In this document: piece by piece, positions 58,425 through 64,000 of the stretch | Layout: each line of letters opens with the position of its first letter | Position numbering within the stretch: position 1 is the first letter of the stretch | DNA from: a virus | IMG/VR virus record: IMGVR_UViG_3300049324_000002 | Coordinates: 64,001 to 128,000 of that record | Length of the DNA: 64,000 nt | Reading direction: 5' to 3' (one strand) | Translations under genes and position numbers: made by a program | The notes under the pieces: model-generated | What the model was told of the DNA's origin: nothing | What the model saw: only the letters and a program-made list of their open reading frames with translations | The model's database searches: none

Positions 58425-59746
58425 TCACTCCGAACTTGTGATAAAGCCGACTGAACAGTCTTAGAACCATCCTGAACCACAACCCAAGCAGGACGTGACC
58501 TAGAACGTGGCTGCCCCAACAACAACGTCACCGACCCCGCATCAGTAGCATCATCAGACAAAGGAGACGCAGCAACAGCCGCCTTCACCGCCTTAGACAA
58601 CGTATCCAAATTAAGTACGACAGTACGTGCAGAAGCAACAGTCTCCGAACCATCTACAACAAACTTACCATCGATCGTTTCCTCAGACAAATCACCATAC
58701 CGATTACGAGTAGCAATCTGAATCTTGCCGTCCTGAGGGAACCCAACACGCAAAGCAACAGCCGACGTCTCTTCATCAGAAGTAGGAGTAGCCCTACGCA
58801 AAGCATCAATCAACACATCAGCATTAACAGTCAAAGCATCACGATTCTCCGTCAACGGAGCAACCAAAGCAGACCGAGCAGTAGAAGGAAACTCCCGCAT
58901 CAACTTAGCAACAACAACACGATCCGGTGCATTCAACGCACCAATCTCAGCAATGACATGAAAATCAGTATTCGCAATCCTCAACTCAGGCGAGTCATTA
59001 CGATCCAACATCTTAGTCAACAAATCAACACCAGTGGAAGGGAGATCGAAAGCCAACTCAACAGGCAGAGCACCCCTCACCCGGGCAAAGCACGAATCAT
59101 CCGTCGAAACAACATCCCCACCAGACATACTAACCTGAGTAATAAAATCTTTATTAGAATCCCTAGACACAGCAAAACGCGTGCCATCAAAAGCGCGACG
59201 CAAAGCGTGTCGATCAACATCACACCACGTGATATCACCAAGATCAGGAGAAGCAGGATAATCCTGCGCTGCAGCCACCCGCAACGACCACGAAGCAGTC
59301 CCCGACGACAAATGCATCATCGTGCCCTCACAACGGATCGTGATAGACGCGCCAGCCGCCTTAGACACCACAGACGCAAACCGAGACGCACCAATCAGCA
59401 CCCGGCCAGGATGCTCAACCTGCAACGCAGACGTCGAAGACAACACCCACGACGTAGAATCAGAACCAATCAAAACAAGCTTATCATCAGAAACTTCAAT
59501 AACAACATTCTTAAGGGGAGGGTAGAAATCTCGAGTAGGAACGACCAACATCACCTGAGCAAGCATGCTCGAGAAAACCATACGAGACATGGTAAAAGCA
59601 GGAGGAGCATCCGGCTCCTCCGCAACCATATCAAGCTCATCCAAACCTGCAGTATCTCCACTCAAAGCACTAACAGCCTCAGTCAAATCATCAGCACCCA
59701 AAGCAATACCAAGATCTGCCAACATCTCCACGCCAGCGTCAGACAT
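58412..59746 (-). CDS. dnaN: DNA polymerase III beta sliding clamp homolog
   Basis: VVP.R...P.L..V.IE, L.L.G.D, PG.VL, DYP..P, V.TD...A, FP, L..AL.R motifs of the three-domain clamp. Confidence 0.8.
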   Translation of the reverse strand: MSDAGVEMLADLGIALGADDLTEAVSALSGDTAGLDELDMVAEEPDAPPAFTMSRMVFSSMLAQVMLVVPTRDFYPPLKNVVIEVSDDKLVLIGSDSTSWVLSSTSALQVEHPGRVLIGASRFASVVSKAAGASITIRCEGTMMHLSSGTASWSLRVAAAQDYPASPDLGDITWCDVDRHALRRAFDGTRFAVSRDSNKDFITQVSMSGGDVVSTDDSCFARVRGALPVELAFDLPSTGVDLLTKMLDRNDSPELRIANTDFHVIAEIGALNAPDRVVVAKLMREFPSTARSALVAPLTENRDALTVNADVLIDALRRATPTSDEETSAVALRVGFPQDGKIQIATRNRYGDLSEETIDGKFVVDGSETVASARTVVLNLDTLSKAVKAAVAASPLSDDATDAGSVTLLLGQPRSRSRPAWVVVQDGSKTVQSALSQVRSDWIS

Positions 59747-60020
59747 TATTCACCACCCCTTGCCTACAGCAATATTCAACGGCAGCTTGCAAAAAAGCAT
59801 CCGTAGGACAACAGCAATCAGAACAAACAAAAATAGGAAGCCCAAGAGTTCCTATAAAAGAAAACCCTGCCTTACGTGCATTCGTACACTTACACACAGG
59901 TGAAGCTGGGCAAGGAGACTGATCTGAAAAACCAACGCCACAATTCTTACACTCAGAAACACCAATAACTTCTGTAGAGGCCATTTCATGGCCCCATGTG
60001 ATATTATCAAAAACTCTCAC
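59739..60020 (-). CDS. Cys-rich protein
   Basis: CKNCG ... C..C ... CSDCC.PT. Confidence 0.6.
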   Translation of the reverse strand: MRVFDNITWGHEMASTEVIGVSECKNCGVGFSDQSPCPASPVCKCTNARKAGFSFIGTLGLPIFVCSDCCCPTDAFLQAAVEYCCRQGVVNNV

Positions 60021-60283
60021 GATGTAGAACCGGTCTTATCCAACTGATTACGAACACGATCAATCTCAGTAGCAATCTCTTCATCCAAAGTACCAAGCAA
60101 TTCACGAGCAGCCTCGAGCGTAGTCACCCGAAACTCTTTCTGCAATTTATCAAGTAAACGAACCTGCTCCTCTTCAGCGGCAGCGACACGAGCCTCAGCA
60201 CGCGCCTGCTCGTCACGAAGCTGATCCACTTCACCACGCAACGCAGTGACCTCAGCAGCCAAATCACGGGTAGGGGCAGTCAC
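60017..60283 (-). CDS. coiled-coil protein (possible SbcC-associated middle segment)
   Basis: Pure heptad repeat with F.V.TLE.A..LL motif. Confidence 0.7.
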   Translation of the reverse strand: MTAPTRDLAAEVTALRGEVDQLRDEQARAEARVAAAEEEQVRLLDKLQKEFRVTTLEAARELLGTLDEEIATEIDRVRNQLDKTGSTS

Positions 60284-60324
60284 GTCACATCTCCAAATCA
60301 GTGTGGGGAAAGTCTAAAAGAGTC

Positions 60325-61197
60325 CTACCCGCGCGACCGCGCCCGGACCGGAGTGAACACCCTATTAGAACTGGTGAACTTCTTACAAGCCTGTCGAACT
60401 GGGCACATAGAACAACCAGCAGAATCAGGCTTAGCGTCATCCTCTTCGCGCCAACGACGATGCGCAACACGCACTATCCGCGCCAACATATCCATACGAT
60501 CCTGATCTGAAATCACCACATCAGCAAAAGGATTCTCACGAACAGCAGGCTGCAGGAAAGAGAACCGTCTAGGTGAAACGCCAAACTGCGCGCGAATCGC
60601 CAAATCATAAAACGTGCCCTGACCAAGAGTCTTATTCAAATAAGTAGGATCCTTAGTAGCCTTCAAATCGAAAGCAGTCCAAACCTGAGGTACCTCAGAC
60701 TCACGAACAAGAATATCAATACCGCCAGTAAGATTAATAACAACGAGAGTCTTATTGTCAAGCCATGGGATCCTAATAGGAACCTTGAATCTATGCTCAG
60801 GCTCATACTCAAAAGGCACAACCCATTTCAACAACATGGGCTCGAGGCCAGTAAGGACAGTACGACAATGCGAAGCCAACGTCGCGCGATCACCAGCATT
60901 ACGCCAACGAACTACACCATCACCAGTATCTTTAGCTTCGTCTAAACACCTAACAATGAAATCCTCAACCATCCCCGGCATCTGACCCGGGAGGGGAGAC
61001 TCACTAGACAACCAAGCACGCATAATACGGTCACAAACCGTACCATGAAAGTAATTACGAATATCAGTAGCTTCAGACTTCTTACCAGCACGCATCAAAT
61101 TAGACTTGTGCATGCACAATTCCATAGTCTGAAGTGCAGACCAACTAATATTGATGCGGGTCGGCTCAGCGACACACACCGACCCCGCACCAGTCAT
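60325..61197 (-). CDS. PD-(D/E)XK RecB/Cas4-like exonuclease
   Basis: ISWS.L.....C, G...D, E..F, GGIDIL, FDLK.T, Q..FY, C..CPV...C. Confidence 0.88.
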   Translation of the reverse strand: MTGAGSVCVAEPTRINISWSALQTMELCMHKSNLMRAGKKSEATDIRNYFHGTVCDRIMRAWLSSESPLPGQMPGMVEDFIVRCLDEAKDTGDGVVRWRNAGDRATLASHCRTVLTGLEPMLLKWVVPFEYEPEHRFKVPIRIPWLDNKTLVVINLTGGIDILVRESEVPQVWTAFDLKATKDPTYLNKTLGQGTFYDLAIRAQFGVSPRRFSFLQPAVRENPFADVVISDQDRMDMLARIVRVAHRRWREEDDAKPDSAGCSMCPVRQACKKFTSSNRVFTPVRARSRG

Positions 61198-61476
61198 ATT
61201 GAACCCTCCGCTCAGCTACTCCTACCGCTCAAATCAGCCAGTCAAACCACGGAAGTAGTAAGCCAAACCTCGCATCTGCTCACGGTTAATAACAACAGGT
61301 GGAGAATTCTTACGACAAGTTGATATAACACAATCTCCACCACGCTCCGCAACAAAAATCATCTGACAGCGCTCATCGGAATTACTCCAATGCGCCTCAA
61401 CAACAGCTCGTAAACCATCATCAGACACAGTAAACGGAACATTCCATGGCTCACTCATAACTTCGACGCCCCTCGG

Positions 61477-62601
61477 CTAGACACTAGCAAGCTGGTCAAC
61501 ACGTCGACATTGCGCACGGCGCAACCTCGACTGAACCAACTGAATCGAGGAAGCGTCTCTCTCCACAGCAATGATTCGCCGTCGCTCAAGAACAGCAGCC
61601 TCAATAGTGCTGCCACTACCAGCAAACGGTTCTAGAATCAAACCACCACGGAAAGAAATAAGCCTAATAAACCAGCGCATAAGGCTAAGCGGTTTAACAG
61701 TATTGTGCGCAATCTCATCAGCATAATGATTCGGGTTCAGCGGTACCCAATCATTATGGGGGCATATAGGATGTGGCACAGACGAAAACGTCTGGCTCTT
61801 GCGCATATAGGACTGAGTAATAACCCCACAGACTCGACACTTCCAATGCCGTAACTCTCCAATCGTGGAAAGTTTGCCCGTCCCCTCACCGGGCGCCACC
61901 TCCACCCGAGGACGCTCAGCACTCGACGGCTTGTCAGACCAGTAAAAAGCAGGAAACAAATGCCCATTCGGACCAAGCTGCGAAACTACACACCACGATA
62001 CACACAAACCACCGATCTCGCACTGAGGATCATGCGACACCACAACATTACTCGGCCCAGCATTAGAAGGCGTGTCAGTAGACGTCACGTCTAGAGTAGC
62101 AGTTCCCCACTCGGCAATGGTATTAGTCAAACCACCGGACATAGGGGCACGAGCCAACACAAAAGGCTCACGACGCGACTTCACATAAGTCGCACGACCA
62201 GCCATCTCCTGAATTCTTTCAGGAGTATTATTCTTCGTAAGACGTGCTTCGAGATTCACAGCACGATGAAAAGAAGAAGAATAAAGCCAGTCAATAACGT
62301 CTACAATTTCCCAACCTGCATCCTCGACACCTTGCGTCAAACGATGAGCCGTCCTCGCTGACCCGGCCGCAACCATCCAGGCCCCCGGCTTCGCCACACG
62401 CAACGCCTCCACAGCCCAGGACTCACACCACGCCGCAAACGCACGGGCGCCGTAAGAATCCCAACCCTTCGTGCCGCCACCCATATCCAAAGCATAAGGA
62501 GGATCAGTGCAAATAGCATCAACACAATTATCAGGTATTAGTAGCAAGGCGTCTGCGACATCCCCATGAAGTAGAGAAACAGGATTATCGAGACTTATCA
62601 T
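61477..62601 (-). CDS. DNA amino-methyltransferase (N6-A/N4-C, beta class)
   Basis: TDPPY, HNTVKPL.LM.W.I.L, ILEPFAGSGST. Confidence 0.92.
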   Translation of the reverse strand: MISLDNPVSLLHGDVADALLLIPDNCVDAICTDPPYALDMGGGTKGWDSYGARAFAAWCESWAVEALRVAKPGAWMVAAGSARTAHRLTQGVEDAGWEIVDVIDWLYSSSFHRAVNLEARLTKNNTPERIQEMAGRATYVKSRREPFVLARAPMSGGLTNTIAEWGTATLDVTSTDTPSNAGPSNVVVSHDPQCEIGGLCVSWCVVSQLGPNGHLFPAFYWSDKPSSAERPRVEVAPGEGTGKLSTIGELRHWKCRVCGVITQSYMRKSQTFSSVPHPICPHNDWVPLNPNHYADEIAHNTVKPLSLMRWFIRLISFRGGLILEPFAGSGSTIEAAVLERRRIIAVERDASSIQLVQSRLRRAQCRRVDQLASV

Positions 62602-62968
62602 TTCTCTTGCTCGTTCCAGTAAAAGAAGCGATTACAGAAATTATAAAAGCAACAACTATACCAGTGACGAACCAACGCCACTCCCCCAACCAAACCCAAA
62701 GCAAAAAACCTGAACAAAACGTAGCAGCAATAAAGAACAGCAAAATCTTCTCAAGATTCAACCTTGACCACCTTATACCCAGCGGCCAAAAGACTGGAAA
62801 CAATATCCTCTGCACGTTCGCTATACATATACTTTGTCGCAATATCCAGACTAATCCAACGATTGCTATCTGAGAGAATACGTCCACAGTTATTCCCCCC
62901 TAACTCTGCTAATTTCCAAGCAAGAAACTCAGACAAATCTGATAGCACATCTTCATCACTCACTAATG

Positions 62969-63964
62969 TCACTTCAGCGCCCCCGCAATAGCAGCAGTCA
63001 AAACTTCCTCAGCAAGAGACATCTCAGTAACAGACAAATTCATAGCGCGGACCTCTTCCAACACAGACTCCACAGAAGTCACAGACACCTGAGTCTGACC
63101 AACCGCACTAAGAAACACATTCAACCTATCACGATAATCAGTCTTAGCAACATGCTCAGCAAGACGGAAAACCTCACTAGCAGGTGGAGCCGACTTCAAC
63201 ACAACACGCTCAAACGCTTCACTACCCGAACGATTCGAATCCCAAATCGTTACGGCCGGAATACGACTAATATCCTCTTCATGCAAAGAACCACGCGATA
63301 ACGCACCCTGATTACAAAACACAACGCCATCAGTATCAAACACACCATGACAAGGATGAACATGACCGTAATAACAATAACCAAGATTACCCATCCACCC
63401 GGCCACGATAGGAGCCGGAACATTCTCCCACGGCAACTCCTGACCAACCGGATACAACGGAGCATGCGTAACAATCAGTGACTCAGAAATTCTCTGAGGC
63501 TCCAGCACCCAATCAGTAAAAGCCTTACCCGCATTCTGCCAATCCTGCTGCCACGAAACACCATACAAAGGCAAATCGCAATCAGCGCCATACTCATCAG
63601 GAGCCCAACCAGACAACAACCTAGCACCACTATGTAACAAAACACCAAAAGGCTGAGTCTCATGAATCGACTCCACACGATCCTGCTGAATATCGTGATT
63701 ACCAATCACAAAATATACAGGCGCACGAAAAGACTGCACAACACCAATCATGCGCTGCACAGTACGATGACTAGTACGCATAGGAATCTTACTATGGAAA
63801 ATATCACCAGCAAACACAACCGCGTCAACATAACGTTTACCGGCAATATCAACTACTTCATCAAGCATCCTAAACAATTGATCATTATAATCATCAGTGC
63901 AGTTACTCGGTGGCTTATCAGATAAATGGAGGTCACCTATGCACAGGATCGTAGTCATACACAT
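62969..63964 (-). CDS. Mre11/SbcD-like metallophosphoesterase nuclease
   Basis: GDLHLSD, AGDIFH, IGNHD, TH, GHVH, N.GAL.R. Confidence 0.92.
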   Translation of the reverse strand: MCMTTILCIGDLHLSDKPPSNCTDDYNDQLFRMLDEVVDIAGKRYVDAVVFAGDIFHSKIPMRTSHRTVQRMIGVVQSFRAPVYFVIGNHDIQQDRVESIHETQPFGVLLHSGARLLSGWAPDEYGADCDLPLYGVSWQQDWQNAGKAFTDWVLEPQRISESLIVTHAPLYPVGQELPWENVPAPIVAGWMGNLGYCYYGHVHPCHGVFDTDGVVFCNQGALSRGSLHEEDISRIPAVTIWDSNRSGSEAFERVVLKSAPPASEVFRLAEHVAKTDYRDRLNVFLSAVGQTQVSVTSVESVLEEVRAMNLSVTEMSLAEEVLTAAIAGALK

Positions 63965-64000
63965 ATCCTACCGAGACGGCACGACAGCCCCTACCCGGCC

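Noticed and set aside
54014-59806. Long plus-strand ORFs 54014-54754 and 58958-59806
   Set aside because: Antisense to the clearly identified helicase and clamp genes.
60325-61197. Cas4 as part of a CRISPR adaptation module
   Set aside because: Solo PD-(D/E)XK exonuclease in a replication cluster; no cas1/cas2.
1-64000. Stop-codon reassignment (amber recoding)
   Set aside because: Recognisable enzymes are intact under the standard code and many genes end in TAG abutting the next gene.
1-64000. Integrase, transposase, reverse transcriptase/DGR or retron
   Set aside because: No ORF with the corresponding catalytic motifs seen in the window.

Overview
This window is a 64-kb segment of a large actinobacterial phage genome. 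The host is probably an actinomycete, judging from a WhiB1-like regulator, an RNase AS-like exonuclease, a DUF2269-like protein and leaderless sigma-A-type promoters. Almost all genes lie on the minus strand, whose coding sequence is strongly G/T-rich. Contents: (i) a replication/repair block (Mre11/SbcD nuclease, DNA methyltransferase, PD-(D/E)XK exonuclease, beta clamp, DEDD exonuclease, UvrD helicase, SLOG protein), plus a detached C-terminal half of an SbcC/Rad50 ATPase about 62 kb from the nuclease gene; (ii) a small tail/fibre module; (iii) seven clear tRNAs, two tRNA-like RNAs and an ORF-free structured RNA candidate; (iv) several expanded families of small paralogous genes. Two features stand out. 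First, a ~4-kb non-coding array (17110-21110) built from units of 5n+3 nt, i.e. GAC followed by NN-NYC pentamers on the minus strand, with a candidate promoter just downstream of tRNA-Lys(UUU). It resembles a pentamer-coded guide-RNA array, but no cognate effector is visible here. Second, 21 start/promoter elements, most with a full TTGCGT-N17-TATGCT promoter, that begin leaderless transcripts with a conserved AUGACGAACAC (M-T-N-T/I) end. One hairpin RNA (44560-44680) displays the exact antisense of that shared end in its loop, suggesting a one-sRNA switch for the whole gene set. All calls come from reading the sequence by eye; no searches were run.
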